DNA of 64,000 nt, taken from contig CBDBLZ010000020.1 in the NCBI GenBank assembly GCA_965207385.1, positions 288,932 through 352,931 of the forward strand, given 5' to 3'. Positions within the stretch are counted from its first letter, which is position 1. Every line of letters begins with the position of its first letter. The DNA is from Rhodothermales bacterium. GTDB lineage: Bacteria > Bacteroidota > Rhodothermia > Rhodothermales > Bin80. The notes under the pieces are model-generated. The model did not search any database. It had not been told where the DNA came from and saw nothing but the letters and a program-made list of their open reading frames with translations. The position numbers and the translations under genes were made by a program. Shown in pieces: positions 18,760 through 29,667 of this stretch.

Positions 18760-18825
18760 GGGCCGTCTTGTCTGCCCGGCGCCCCTCCCTGCCGACACTG
18801 TAGGCCGACACCGTAACCTTCGCCG

Positions 18826-19530
18826 CTACGATTCGCCTCGCACGCGCACCGCTAGCGGCGCCATGTGCGTGCACCGGGCTTGCAGCACATCGCCATCGCG
18901 CACGGGACCCACGCCGGCAGGCGTGCCGGTAAAGAGCAGGTCGCCAGGCTCCAGCGTGAATACGGAAGAGCAGTACGCGACCAGCGCCGCAACAGAAAAG
19001 AGCATCAGCGCCGTCGTGCCGCGCTGGCGCTCGACTCCGTTGACATGAAGGCTCAATTCGAGGTTCTGCACATTGGCTACGGAACTGGCCGGTGCAAGCG
19101 GCCCCATCGGAGCGAACGTATCAAATCCCTTGGCGACCGACCACGGAAGCCCCCCCCTCTTGGCCTCCGCCTGCAGGTCACGTGCCGTCATGTCCAGGCC
19201 AACAGCGTAGGCTGCCACGTGGGAGAGCGCCTCCGGCTCCGCAATGTGCCGACCGCCACGGCCGATTACGGCGACCAGCTCCACTTCGTGGTGGACATCG
19301 TGCGACTGCTTCGGAAGCACGATTTCCTGTCCGCTGCCAATGAGCGCCGACGCCGGCTTCAGGAACACGACCGGGCGCTCGGGTACCGGGCTGTCCATTT
19401 CAGCGGCATGCGCCGCATAGTTGCGACCTATGCACAGCAGCTTGCCGGCACGCACCTTCGCGCCTGATCCCGGAAGCACCAGATCCATTTCTTCGACGCC
19501 TCTTAACGCTTCGCGCGGGATCCAACCCAT
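18826..19530 (-). CDS. fumarylacetoacetate hydrolase (FAH) family protein
   Basis: The track ORF extends to 19680. An internal ATG at 19530 gives MGWIPREALRG... The sequence contains KLLCIGRNYAAHAAEM, RPVVFLKP, HHEVELVAVIG, DMTARDLQ and GDLLFTGTPAGVGPV. Confidence 0.85.
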   Translation of the reverse strand: MGWIPREALRGVEEMDLVLPGSGAKVRAGKLLCIGRNYAAHAAEMDSPVPERPVVFLKPASALIGSGQEIVLPKQSHDVHHEVELVAVIGRGGRHIAEPEALSHVAAYAVGLDMTARDLQAEAKRGGLPWSVAKGFDTFAPMGPLAPASSVANVQNLELSLHVNGVERQRGTTALMLFSVAALVAYCSSVFTLEPGDLLFTGTPAGVGPVRDGDVLQARCTHMAPLAVRVRGES

Positions 19531-19610
19531 GCGCCACGTGTAACACAATGCTACCCTTGTTGCACTCTCGCTCCGGTACAAACCCGGTGCCCCAAAGAAG
19601 AGATCACAGG

Positions 19611-19952
19611 ATGTATGCCATTGTCGAGATAAAGGGAAAGCAGTACAAGGTGCGCGAGCAAGATACGCTGTTCGTGCCACTGTATGCAGAGCACGCCGAG
19701 GGTGATACGATCGAGTTGCCCCGTGTACTGCTTCTGGTCAACGAGGAAACCACTATTGTCGGCCGCCCCCACGTCGAAAGGGCCTCGGTGCAGGCCACGG
19801 TGCTCGGACATGTCAGGGCGGACAAGATCATTGTCTTCAAGAAGAAGCGCCGCAAGCGGTACCGCGTGCGGCGGGGGCACAGGCAGCGCTACACACAATT
19901 GCGGGTGGATGCGCTGAAGGTCCTGCAAGAAGAAGACGAACAGTCAACGTAG
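19611..19952 (+). CDS. rplU: 50S ribosomal protein L21
   Basis: An internal ATG at 19611 gives MYAIVEIKGKQYKVREQDTLFVP...KIIVFKKKRRKRYRVRRGHRQRYTQLRV. Confidence 0.95.
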   Translation: MYAIVEIKGKQYKVREQDTLFVPLYAEHAEGDTIELPRVLLLVNEETTIVGRPHVERASVQATVLGHVRADKIIVFKKKRRKRYRVRRGHRQRYTQLRVDALKVLQEEDEQST

Positions 19953-19964
19953 CCGGAAAGAGTC

Positions 19965-20219
19965 ATGGCGCACAAGAAGGGAGTAGGCTCCACCAAGAAC
20001 GGGCGCGATTCGAACCCCAAGATGCTGGGCGTAAAGATCTTCAGTGGCCAGGCAGTGCCTGCCGGTGGCATCATCGTGCGGCAGCGCGGCACGCGGTTTC
20101 ATCCGGGAGACAACGTGGGCCGTGGAGGTGACGACACCCTGTTCGCGAAGACAAGCGGCAAGGTCCGATTCAGCGCCACACGCGGCAATCGGCGATTTGT
20201 GCACGTGGATCCGTCCTAG
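19965..20219 (+). CDS. rpmA: 50S ribosomal protein L27
   Basis: [61 protein letters not shown]. Confidence 0.97.
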   Translation: MAHKKGVGSTKNGRDSNPKMLGVKIFSGQAVPAGGIIVRQRGTRFHPGDNVGRGGDDTLFAKTSGKVRFSATRGNRRFVHVDPS

Positions 20220-20251
20220 GCCGGGGTTCGATCTAGACTTGGAGGTGCCAT

Positions 20252-22342
20252 ATGGGCACGATGAACAGAATGCGGGAAAACACGGGGATTATCCTGTGGA
20301 TTCTCGTGATTTCGTTCGGAGGCCTTTGGGTATTGCAGGACTCGGGTGTATTTGACACCATCGGGGCAAACCCGCTTGGCGAGATCATCATCGTAAACGG
20401 TGATCCCATCACGCTCGAAGAGTACAACCGTCAGCTTGAGGCCCAGCTGGAGCAGATACGCCAGGTGACAGGCGAGGCCGTACCGCCGCAGCAACTGGAG
20501 CTGCAGCGCGACCGTGCCTACAACCTTCTGGTCAACAACAAGCTGCGTGAACAGGAAATGGATCGCCTCGGCATCACCGTGAGCAATGCGGAAATCCGCG
20601 ATCTCATTCTCGGTGACAGCCCGCATGAGATTATCCGCGTCAATTTTTCCAATCCCGACGGTCAGCTGAACCGCGAGCTGCTGCAGAACTTCATTGACAA
20701 TCCGGAACAGGCTGCGACGTGGATCCAGATCGAGGACTTCATTCGAATCGACCGCAGAAGCCAGAAATTCGACAGGCTGATAACGGCCACGGCCCGCGTG
20801 TCCGAAAGTGACATAGAGCAGGCTCACCGCCGGCAGGCCATCACGGCCGACGCGGAATTTTTCTTTTTGCGGTATGCGGCCGTGCCGGATGACTCCGTGG
20901 TCGTGACCGACGCCGATATGGAGCGATACTACGAGGAAAACAAGGACGAGGACTACCGGCGCGAGCGCCGCTATTCCATCGAGCTGGCCTCCATTCCCAA
21001 GGTGCCTTCCCGTGAGGATACGCTGGCGTTTCTGCGAGAGGGAGAGATGATCCTGGCCGAATTCGCTGAGGCCCCCGACGACTCGACGTTTCTTGTCCAG
21101 AACGGATCCGAAGAGGCGTATTCGGACGCCTTCCTGGGCGCGGGTGACGTAGCCCCTGAAATTGCTGAAATTATTTTTGAAGGCGCGCAGCCTATCGAAC
21201 CCGGAATGATGGCAGGGCCGGTTGTGGCCGGCGGCGCGGTGCATGTAGTCAAGGTGACGGGCACGCGCCCCGCACAGGAAACTCATGTGCGGGCCCGGCA
21301 CATTCTGGCATCGGGATCGGATGACGAGGCCAGGGAGAAGATCCTGGCACTTCGCGACCGCCTGCGGGCAGGCGAGGACTTTGGCGCTCTCGCCCGCGAG
21401 TCCTCGGACGACCCGGGCAGTGGAAGCCTCGGCGGAGACCTGGGATGGTTTACGGATGGCCGGATGGTCCCCGAGTTTCAGGATGCTGCATTCAGCGCGG
21501 CCGTCGGCGACCTGGTGGGGCCGGTTGAGACCAGCTTCGGACTGCATCTGATTGAGGTTACGCACAAGGCGGACCTGGAGGTGCAGCTTGCCGACTTTGC
21601 GACTACAATTACGCCGTCCGTAGGTACGCTAACGGCTATTCAGGACGAGCTTGAGGACCTGGCGTTCTACGCAGAGGAGACTGGTGATTTTGCCGGCGAG
21701 GCAGAGCGACGAGGCGTCGCTCTTCAGTCCATGGACCTGGAACAGGACCAGGTCTCCATTCCCGGCTTCGGGCCCAGCCGGGCCCTCGCCCAGTTCCTGG
21801 ACGGATCCGCACGCGATGACATCGGCCCGGTAATCGAGTTGGACGAGGCGACCATCCTGGCCCATGTGGTAGCCATAGAGGAAGAGGGTTTTCGCCCGCT
21901 TGCGGAAGTGGAGGCAGAAGTGCGCTCGCGGGTGTTGCTCAATGCCAAGAAGGCGTTTCAGGTTAACCGCCTGACGCGCGGCTACGCCGGGCCCGGGTTT
22001 GACGGCCTTGCCGCCGACCTCGGATTTCCGCCGGAGACGGCCTCGGGCGTCAGCTTTGCCAACCAGATAGTTCCCGGTCTGGGCCGCGACCCGGTATTTG
22101 CCGGCAGCGTACTGGCCCTTTCCGAGGGCGAGGACACAGGAGTCGTTGAGGGTCGCAGTGCGGCATTCGTGGCTCGCGTAACGCGCATTTCCGACCCCGG
22201 CACCGTCACCGATGGCGAGCGTGAGCGCCTTCGCTCTGAGCTGACCCGAGAACTGGAAGATCGCCTCCGCGCGGAATGGATAACCGCCTTGCGTGACGAG
22301 GCAGACATCCAGGATCTGCGCAGCACCATGCTGCAGCAGTAG
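20252..22342 (+). CDS. ppiD: periplasmic chaperone / peptidyl-prolyl isomerase, PpiD-like (SurA-N plus parvulin domain)
   Basis: 696 aa with an N-terminal membrane anchor (TGIILWILVISFGGLWVL). The parvulin domain is HVRARHIL...ALARESSDDPGSGSLGGDLGWFTDGRMVPEFQDAAF...GPVETSFGLHLIEV. Confidence 0.78.
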   Translation: MGTMNRMRENTGIILWILVISFGGLWVLQDSGVFDTIGANPLGEIIIVNGDPITLEEYNRQLEAQLEQIRQVTGEAVPPQQLELQRDRAYNLLVNNKLREQEMDRLGITVSNAEIRDLILGDSPHEIIRVNFSNPDGQLNRELLQNFIDNPEQAATWIQIEDFIRIDRRSQKFDRLITATARVSESDIEQAHRRQAITADAEFFFLRYAAVPDDSVVVTDADMERYYEENKDEDYRRERRYSIELASIPKVPSREDTLAFLREGEMILAEFAEAPDDSTFLVQNGSEEAYSDAFLGAGDVAPEIAEIIFEGAQPIEPGMMAGPVVAGGAVHVVKVTGTRPAQETHVRARHILASGSDDEAREKILALRDRLRAGEDFGALARESSDDPGSGSLGGDLGWFTDGRMVPEFQDAAFSAAVGDLVGPVETSFGLHLIEVTHKADLEVQLADFATTITPSVGTLTAIQDELEDLAFYAEETGDFAGEAERRGVALQSMDLEQDQVSIPGFGPSRALAQFLDGSARDDIGPVIELDEATILAHVVAIEEEGFRPLAEVEAEVRSRVLLNAKKAFQVNRLTRGYAGPGFDGLAADLGFPPETASGVSFANQIVPGLGRDPVFAGSVLALSEGEDTGVVEGRSAAFVARVTRISDPGTVTDGERERLRSELTRELEDRLRAEWITALRDEADIQDLRSTMLQQ

Positions 22343-22406
22343 GAGGACATTCGCCGGTTAGAGGGGCCGCATCCTGTGCCGGCCGGCACATGCGCCGACT
22401 TCCCCT

Positions 22407-23243
22407 TCAAACGGCAAGCTCGAACGTACCGCGGTAGATCGCTTCGGCCGGGCCGTCGAGCGCAATGCGCCCTCCCGTGCGACCTACCCGCAGCGTCCCG
22501 CCAGGCATCTCTATTTGCGCCCTGGCATTCGAATTGATCCGCTGGAGCCGCCACGCCGCCGCGGCCGATGCCACCGCACCCGTACCACACGCCAGCGTCT
22601 CGGCCTCCACACCTTTTTCATAGGTCCGCACCCGCAGGACGCGCCCAGAGCGTACCTCGACGAAATTTACGTTTGCCCCTGACGGAGCAAGCGCCGGATC
22701 ATGCCGAATCTCTCGTCCCCAGCGCTCGACGGGGGCCTCTCCTACTTCCTCCAGAAAACAAACTACGTGCTCCGTCCCGGTCCATATGTAATGCAGATCC
22801 GAAAGCGGCACGGCAGAGGCTGCTGCAAGCGCCAGATCCGGACGCCAATCCGCTGGCTGCTGCATGTAGAGCCGCACATCCGCGTCCAAATCCGCCGGCA
22901 GCTCGGCCTCGTAGATGCCGGAGTCGGTCTGAAGCCTGAGCCGCCTGCTATTAATCCCCGCCTGCTGCGCGTAGCGCACCAGGCACCGGGCGCCGTTGGC
23001 GCACATGGTACCCAGAGAGCCGTCCGCATTAACGTAGCGCATGCAGAAGTCCGCCTGCTCCACCGTGGCCTCGGCAAAGGCCAATATGCCATCGGCCCCA
23101 ACCCCGTACCGGCGCTGGCACTGCCGCCGCGCTATCCGGACCAATTCCTGATCCGAAAACCGGTAGAAGCGGTTGTCAATGACAATAAAGTCATTGCCGG
23201 CTCCGCTCATTTTCGTAAACTCAACGACAAGTCGAGCGCCCAT
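22407..23243 (-). CDS. dapF: diaminopimelate epimerase
   Basis: An internal ATG at 23243 gives MGARLVVEFTKMSGAGNDFIVIDN. MRYVNADGSLGTMCANGARC and the second catalytic-Cys region ETLACGTGAVA are present. Confidence 0.9.
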   Translation of the reverse strand: MGARLVVEFTKMSGAGNDFIVIDNRFYRFSDQELVRIARRQCQRRYGVGADGILAFAEATVEQADFCMRYVNADGSLGTMCANGARCLVRYAQQAGINSRRLRLQTDSGIYEAELPADLDADVRLYMQQPADWRPDLALAAASAVPLSDLHYIWTGTEHVVCFLEEVGEAPVERWGREIRHDPALAPSGANVNFVEVRSGRVLRVRTYEKGVEAETLACGTGAVASAAAAWRLQRINSNARAQIEMPGGTLRVGRTGGRIALDGPAEAIYRGTFELAV

Positions 23244-23328
23244 CGCGGCATCATTGGTGCCAGATGCAGGTAAAACGCCCGCAGGTTCATACCGTTCAAC
23301 GCCCTCCAACATCTTTCGACTTCCGTCC

Positions 23329-24288
23329 TTGGCTGAGAAAACCCTCACGATCGATCAGACCAACCCCCTCCTCCTCTTTGGCTCCAACGACAAGCACCTG
23401 CGTCGCATGGAGGCCGCTTTCCCCGACACAGACTTCCTGGCCCGCGGCAATCAGATCAAGCTCCGGGGGCACAAGCGTACGCTTGAAGACATCGAGCGTG
23501 CGCTGCAGGAGCTGACGGTCATTGCCAGCCGCAACGGCAACCTGACGACCGGTGACGTCGAGACCGTACTGGCGCTGGTAACCTCCGATGAAACGCGCCC
23601 ACGTTCCGAAATCGGAGAAGTCATCGCCTATACGCCTTCCGGCGGCCTGGTGCGGACCAAGACCCCTGGCCAGGCCCGGATGATGCAGGCCGCCCGCAGG
23701 AGCGACATAGTCTTTGCCATTGGCCCGGCCGGCACGGGCAAGACGTTCATGGCTGTCGCCATCGCCGTAGCGGCCCTTAAGTCGCGCCAGGTCAAGCGCA
23801 TCGTCCTCTGCCGGCCGGCTGTGGAAGCCGGCGAGCGGCTGGGCTTCCTGCCGGGCGATTTTCGCGACAAGATCGATCCCTACCTGCGGCCGCTGTATGA
23901 TGCGCTGGATGAATTGCTGCCGACCGAGAAGCTGCGCGCACACATGGAGAACCATGTAGTTGAAATCGTGCCCCTGGCCTTCATGCGCGGCCGGACGCTC
24001 AATTCAGCTTTCGTCATCCTCGACGAGGCGCAGAACGCGACATCCACGCAAATGAAGATGTTCCTGACCAGGCTGGGCATCAACAGCCACGCCATTGTAA
24101 CCGGGGACGTGACGCAGATTGATCTCGGCGACCGGACCGCCAGCGGACTTGTGGAAGCCAGAAGCATACTGGAGGGCGTGGACGGCATCTCCTTTATCGA
24201 TTTTGACAGAAGCGATGTGGTGCGCCACAGGCTTGTCAAGGACATTATCGACGCCTACGAGCGTCGCGACGCTACTGGCTCCAGATAA
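23329..24288 (+). CDS. phoH: PhoH-like ATPase
   Basis: Walker A is present (FAIGPAGTGKTFMAVA), along with GFLPGD, FMRGRT, ILDEAQN and TGDVTQIDL. The track start at 23173 would overlap divergent dapF by about 70 nt. An in-frame TTG at 23329 gives a 319-aa product of normal PhoH size. The start is uncertain. Confidence 0.88.
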   Translation: MAEKTLTIDQTNPLLLFGSNDKHLRRMEAAFPDTDFLARGNQIKLRGHKRTLEDIERALQELTVIASRNGNLTTGDVETVLALVTSDETRPRSEIGEVIAYTPSGGLVRTKTPGQARMMQAARRSDIVFAIGPAGTGKTFMAVAIAVAALKSRQVKRIVLCRPAVEAGERLGFLPGDFRDKIDPYLRPLYDALDELLPTEKLRAHMENHVVEIVPLAFMRGRTLNSAFVILDEAQNATSTQMKMFLTRLGINSHAIVTGDVTQIDLGDRTASGLVEARSILEGVDGISFIDFDRSDVVRHRLVKDIIDAYERRDATGSR

Positions 24289-25279
24289 AGGTGCCGCTTG
24301 CATCAATGTAGCCTGACCGGTCCTGCAGCGTCACGAAGGCCAGGCCGCCCTCAAAGGGCCGCGCCCGCTCGTACCGGAGCGGTATCGCTACCACGCCCTC
24401 CGTATCGACATATCCCCACAGTCCACCGCTCTGCACGAGGGCCAAGCCTTCGGAAAAGTCGTCCGCGTGTTCGTACACAGATTCAATGACCATCCTGCCG
24501 CTCCGGTCGATGAAGCCCCACAGATCCTCGGACTGCACCCGCGCACGACCGCCCGAAAACGAGAACACGCTTTGGTGATCGACCTCCAGCACCAGGCTGC
24601 CCTCCGTGTCGATGAACCCCCATTGCGAGCCCTTCCTGACAAGCGCCACTCCTTCCGAGAAGCTCCTTACGGAAGAAAACTGCGGTTCTATCGCCCAGTC
24701 ACCCTTTTCGTCTATGTACCCCCATTCTGACCCGACTCGCACGAACAGCACCTTGCGTACGACCTGTACGGCAGCTAGGCTGTCGGAAAACGGCAGTGCC
24801 CGCACAAACCGGTCTGGTATGGCGAGCCTGCCGCTCCTGTCGACATAGCCCCAGTTCGGCTCCAGTCCCACGACGGTCCCGGCCTGCGTGCGCACCGGGG
24901 CTAGCCCGTGAGAAAAATCCAGCGCACCCGAATAGGGTCTTTCGCTGAGGGCGACGCCCTTGCGGTCGATGAAATTCCAGCTCCGGCCCTGCTGCACCCG
25001 CGCAAGACCCTCCGAGTACGGAAAAACGGCCGAGAATCGAGTGTCGACCACCATGGAGTCGGCCGCATCGACAAATCCCCACCGGCCGTCGATGCGAACG
25101 GCTGCCAGGCCTTCGCTGGAACGCTGCGCGCCATCGTAGTTGGGCTCGACGATCATGCTTCCCGATGCATCAATGAGCCCAAATCGTCCCTGATACGGCA
25201 CCGGGAAAAGATCTTCTGACTGCGCCAGTGCACTGGCAGCAAGGGAAGTACAGACCGTAAGGAGCAAGATTCCTCGCAT
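24272..25279 (-). CDS. secreted WG (KWG) repeat-containing protein
   Basis: An internal ATG at 25279 gives the signal peptide MRGILLLTVCTSLAASALAQ. At least 8 repeats of the x-WG(F/Y)(I/V)D-x-x-G type follow (GRWGFVDAADS, WNFIDRKG, NWGYVDRSG, EWGYIDEKG, QWGFIDTEG, LWGFIDRSG, LWGYVDTEG, RSGYIDASG). Confidence 0.8.
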   Translation of the reverse strand: MRGILLLTVCTSLAASALAQSEDLFPVPYQGRFGLIDASGSMIVEPNYDGAQRSSEGLAAVRIDGRWGFVDAADSMVVDTRFSAVFPYSEGLARVQQGRSWNFIDRKGVALSERPYSGALDFSHGLAPVRTQAGTVVGLEPNWGYVDRSGRLAIPDRFVRALPFSDSLAAVQVVRKVLFVRVGSEWGYIDEKGDWAIEPQFSSVRSFSEGVALVRKGSQWGFIDTEGSLVLEVDHQSVFSFSGGRARVQSEDLWGFIDRSGRMVIESVYEHADDFSEGLALVQSGGLWGYVDTEGVVAIPLRYERARPFEGGLAFVTLQDRSGYIDASGTFIWSQ

Positions 25280-25292
25280 GGCAACAGGCACC

Positions 25293-26183
25293 TCAGTGGC
25301 GGTGCGGGCTAGAAACCACAACGTTGTCTATAAGTCGCGCACGGCCAAGTTGTACCGCAACGGCGGCAAGAACGGTCTGGCCAGGCTCTATGCGGCTTAC
25401 CGGCGTAAGCCGCTCCGTATCCACTACCTCTGCATATTCAGGCCGCACGAGCGGAGCCTGCTGCAGGCAGTCCATCATCGCTTTGACCACGTTACCGGAA
25501 TCACGTTCGCCGCCCTCTACGAGGACACGGGCTGCCGTTACCGCATGGTAAAGTGCCGGCGCCTGCGCACGCTCCTGCTCACTCAAATAGCCATTGCGGG
25601 TGGAGAGTGCCAAGCCGTCGGACTCCCGGACCGTCTCTACGCCCCGCGCAACTATGCCGAATCCCAGGTCTCGCGTCATCCTGCGCAGAATGAAATACTG
25701 CTGCGCGTCCTTCAACCCGAAGACCGCCACATGCGGCTGGCAGCACAGGAAGAGCTTCACTACCACGGTCACCACACCTCTGAAATGGCCGGGGCGGCGC
25801 GGCGCGCAAAGATGCCGCTGCAACTCCGGCGCGTCCACCCACGTCAGCTGGGCCTCCATGCCGTCCGGGTACAGGCCCGCCGCACCCGGAGAAAACACAA
25901 GGTCGACGCCGCCGAGGGATTCAAGCCTCGCCAGGTCCCTGCCGAGGTCTCGCGGATAGGCGTCGTAATCCTCCCCCGGGCCGAATTGCGTGGGATTGAC
26001 AAATACGGAGACGGTGACATGGTCGCCCTCACGCGCAGCCGCGCGCACGAGTGCGTCGTGACCCGCGTGAAGGCCTCCCATCGTGGGCACGAGAACGAGC
26101 CTCCTGCCTTCCGCGCGCAGCGCATCGGATCTGGCCTGCATCTCGGCAGGTTCCACTATGACTTCCAAGCTGCCTCCTTCCAT
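25293..26183 (-). CDS. panC: pantoate--beta-alanine ligase
   Basis: LVPTMGGLHAGHDALV, VSVFVNPTQFGP.EDYD.YPR and a later FGLKDAQQ. Confidence 0.95.
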   Translation of the reverse strand: MEGGSLEVIVEPAEMQARSDALRAEGRRLVLVPTMGGLHAGHDALVRAAAREGDHVTVSVFVNPTQFGPGEDYDAYPRDLGRDLARLESLGGVDLVFSPGAAGLYPDGMEAQLTWVDAPELQRHLCAPRRPGHFRGVVTVVVKLFLCCQPHVAVFGLKDAQQYFILRRMTRDLGFGIVARGVETVRESDGLALSTRNGYLSEQERAQAPALYHAVTAARVLVEGGERDSGNVVKAMMDCLQQAPLVRPEYAEVVDTERLTPVSRIEPGQTVLAAVAVQLGRARLIDNVVVSSPHRH

Positions 26184-26238
26184 TCAACAAACGGCATGAC
26201 GGCCCGTATAATAAGCCTGATCCACCGGATTATTCGAC

Positions 26239-27627
26239 ATGAGCCAATACCGCGTTGAAAGAGATTCGCTCGGTGAGGTTCGCGTGCCTGTCGGCGCGCT
26301 CTACGGAGCTCAGACGCAACGAGCCCGGGACAATTTTCCCATTAGTGGCCAGCGTATGCCGAGGCCCTTTATCGAGGCTCTGGGCATAATCAAGCGAGCC
26401 GCAGCCCTTGCAAATCGGGACCTGGGTCTTCTCTCGGAGGAACGAGCCGCCGCCATTGTCCAGGCGGCGGAGCGGGTAAGTGCCGGAGAATTCGATGAAC
26501 AATTCCCCGTGGACATTTACCAGACCGGCAGCGGCACGTCCACGAACATGAATGCCAATGAGGTTCTCGTCTCCGTAGTCAGACACGAGTCGGGCATGAA
26601 AGACCTCCATCCCAACGACCATGTCAACATGTCGCAGTCGTCGAATGACGTCATTCCGACCGCCATGCACGTCTCCGCCGCCATGCTGCTGGATCGAGCG
26701 CTCCTGCCGGCCTTGCAGGAACTGCACCAGTCACTGCTGACCAAGAGCCACGAGTTTGACGATGTGATAAAGAGCGGCCGTACCCATCTCATGGACGCCA
26801 TCCCGGTGCGTCTGGGGCAGGAATTCGGCGGCTATGCAGCGCAGGTCGATGCAGGCATTCGCCGCACTCGGCTTGCAATGGAAGAACTAAAGGAGGTCGC
26901 CCTCGGGGGCACAGCCACGGGTTCGGGCATAAACCGGCACGAGGACTTTCCTAAACGGGCCTTAGCGCATATTTCGGAAATCACCGGCATTGAATTCCGG
27001 GAGGCCGCGAACCATTTTGAGGCGCAGTCCGCAAAGGACGGCTACGTCATGGCCGGAGGCGCGCTCAACACGCTCGCCGTGTCGCTGATGAAAATCGCCA
27101 ACGACATACGGCTGCTCTCCAGCGGTCCCACGAGCGGGCTATTCGAAATCTCCCTCCCACCCGTCCAGCCGGGAAGCTCCATCATGCCGGGGAAGGTCAA
27201 CCCTGTCCTTTCCGAGGCAATGATGATGGCGTGTGCCCGCGTAATGGGTAACCATACGACGCTGACCGTTTGCGGCCAGCACGGCAACCTCGAACTCAAC
27301 GTTATGATGCCGGTCATGGCGCAGGCCATGCTGGAGAGCATCACGATTCTGGCCGGCGCCTGCCGCGCCTTTACCGACCGCTGCCTCCTCGGCATGCGTG
27401 CCAACCGCGACCGGTGCAGAGAGCTCCTGGAGCGCAATCCCGCAGTTGCGACGGCGCTCAATGCCGCTATCGGCTACGACCGCGCCGCCGAGGTAGCAAA
27501 GGCCGCCGCCAAGAGCGGCCGGACGGTCCGCGAAGTCGTGCTCGAAATGGCTTTGCTCAGCGAGGAGGAGCTCGACACCATGCTAGACGTGCGCGAAATG
27601 ACCGAACCGGGCATTCCTGGCCGGTAG
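26239..27627 (+). CDS. fumC: class II fumarate hydratase
   Basis: 462 aa with ERDSLGEVRVP..LYGAQTQRA, YQTGSGTSTNMN, SQSSNDV.PTAMH and the signature GSSIMPGKVNP. The P-G-K form and QTGSGT favour FumC over AspA. Confidence 0.9.
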   Translation: MSQYRVERDSLGEVRVPVGALYGAQTQRARDNFPISGQRMPRPFIEALGIIKRAAALANRDLGLLSEERAAAIVQAAERVSAGEFDEQFPVDIYQTGSGTSTNMNANEVLVSVVRHESGMKDLHPNDHVNMSQSSNDVIPTAMHVSAAMLLDRALLPALQELHQSLLTKSHEFDDVIKSGRTHLMDAIPVRLGQEFGGYAAQVDAGIRRTRLAMEELKEVALGGTATGSGINRHEDFPKRALAHISEITGIEFREAANHFEAQSAKDGYVMAGGALNTLAVSLMKIANDIRLLSSGPTSGLFEISLPPVQPGSSIMPGKVNPVLSEAMMMACARVMGNHTTLTVCGQHGNLELNVMMPVMAQAMLESITILAGACRAFTDRCLLGMRANRDRCRELLERNPAVATALNAAIGYDRAAEVAKAAAKSGRTVREVVLEMALLSEEELDTMLDVREMTEPGIPGR

Positions 27628-27656
27628 AGGCACGTCTGCCATACTAAAACCTGTTC

Positions 27657-27675
27657 GGGCACGTTTTTTGTGCCC
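27657..27675 (+). terminator. short hairpin after fumC (weak terminator candidate)
   Basis: GGGCAC (27657-27662), loop GTTTTTT, GTGCCC (27670-27675), about 30 nt after the fumC stop. The stem is only 6 bp and no downstream U-tract follows on the plus strand. Confidence 0.3.
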
Positions 27676-27716
27676 TGGTCAAAAAAGGAAATGCCGTCAA
27701 AAAGACACACCCTACC

Positions 27717-29255
<1,539 letters not shown>

Positions 29256-29263
29256 CGCGGCGC

Positions 29264-29656
29264 ATGGACGTCGAACACCTGGTCGGTGCCGTGGCAGCAG
29301 CCCTCGGCGCCGACGCCACGGCCGAGCGCGTCGAAGCCATTGCACAGTCGGTAATGGATGCCACGCTCTCCGAGCGGCGTGCGCAGGACCGCGTCATTAT
29401 CACCGCCTTTGGGTCCGACCAGCCGGGAATACTGGCCGGCGTAACCCGCATCGTGGCCCGGGCCGGCTGCAATATCCTTGATGTGTCCATGAAGATATTG
29501 CAGCAGTACTTCACGCTGATCATGGTCGCAGACATCAGCAGCATGAATATCCCGCTTGCCGAGCTCCAGCATCAGCTGCGCGCGGCAGAATCGGAGCTCG
29601 GGGTTCGCATAGGCGCGCAGCACGAGGATCTGTTCGCTCGCATGCACCGCCCGTAG
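29264..29656 (+). CDS. ACT domain protein, UPF0237 family
   Basis: VIITAFGSDQPGILAGVTRIVARAGCNILDVSMKILQQYFTLIMVADIS is a typical ACT beta-alpha-beta unit. An alternative ATG at 29354 would give the usual size of about 100 aa. It is paired with the UPF0210 gene downstream. Confidence 0.75.
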   Translation: MDVEHLVGAVAAALGADATAERVEAIAQSVMDATLSERRAQDRVIITAFGSDQPGILAGVTRIVARAGCNILDVSMKILQQYFTLIMVADISSMNIPLAELQHQLRAAESELGVRIGAQHEDLFARMHRP

Positions 29657-29667
29657 GAGCTGCATCC

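Noticed and set aside
20211-20240. T-loop-like strings (GGTTCGATC at about 20215-20230; GAGTTCGAATC at about 10505-10518) and a D-loop-like TAGTGGT at about 44826 that could hint at tRNA genes.
   Set aside because: Flanking sequence does not form T-stems or acceptor stems. No cloverleaf can be drawn.
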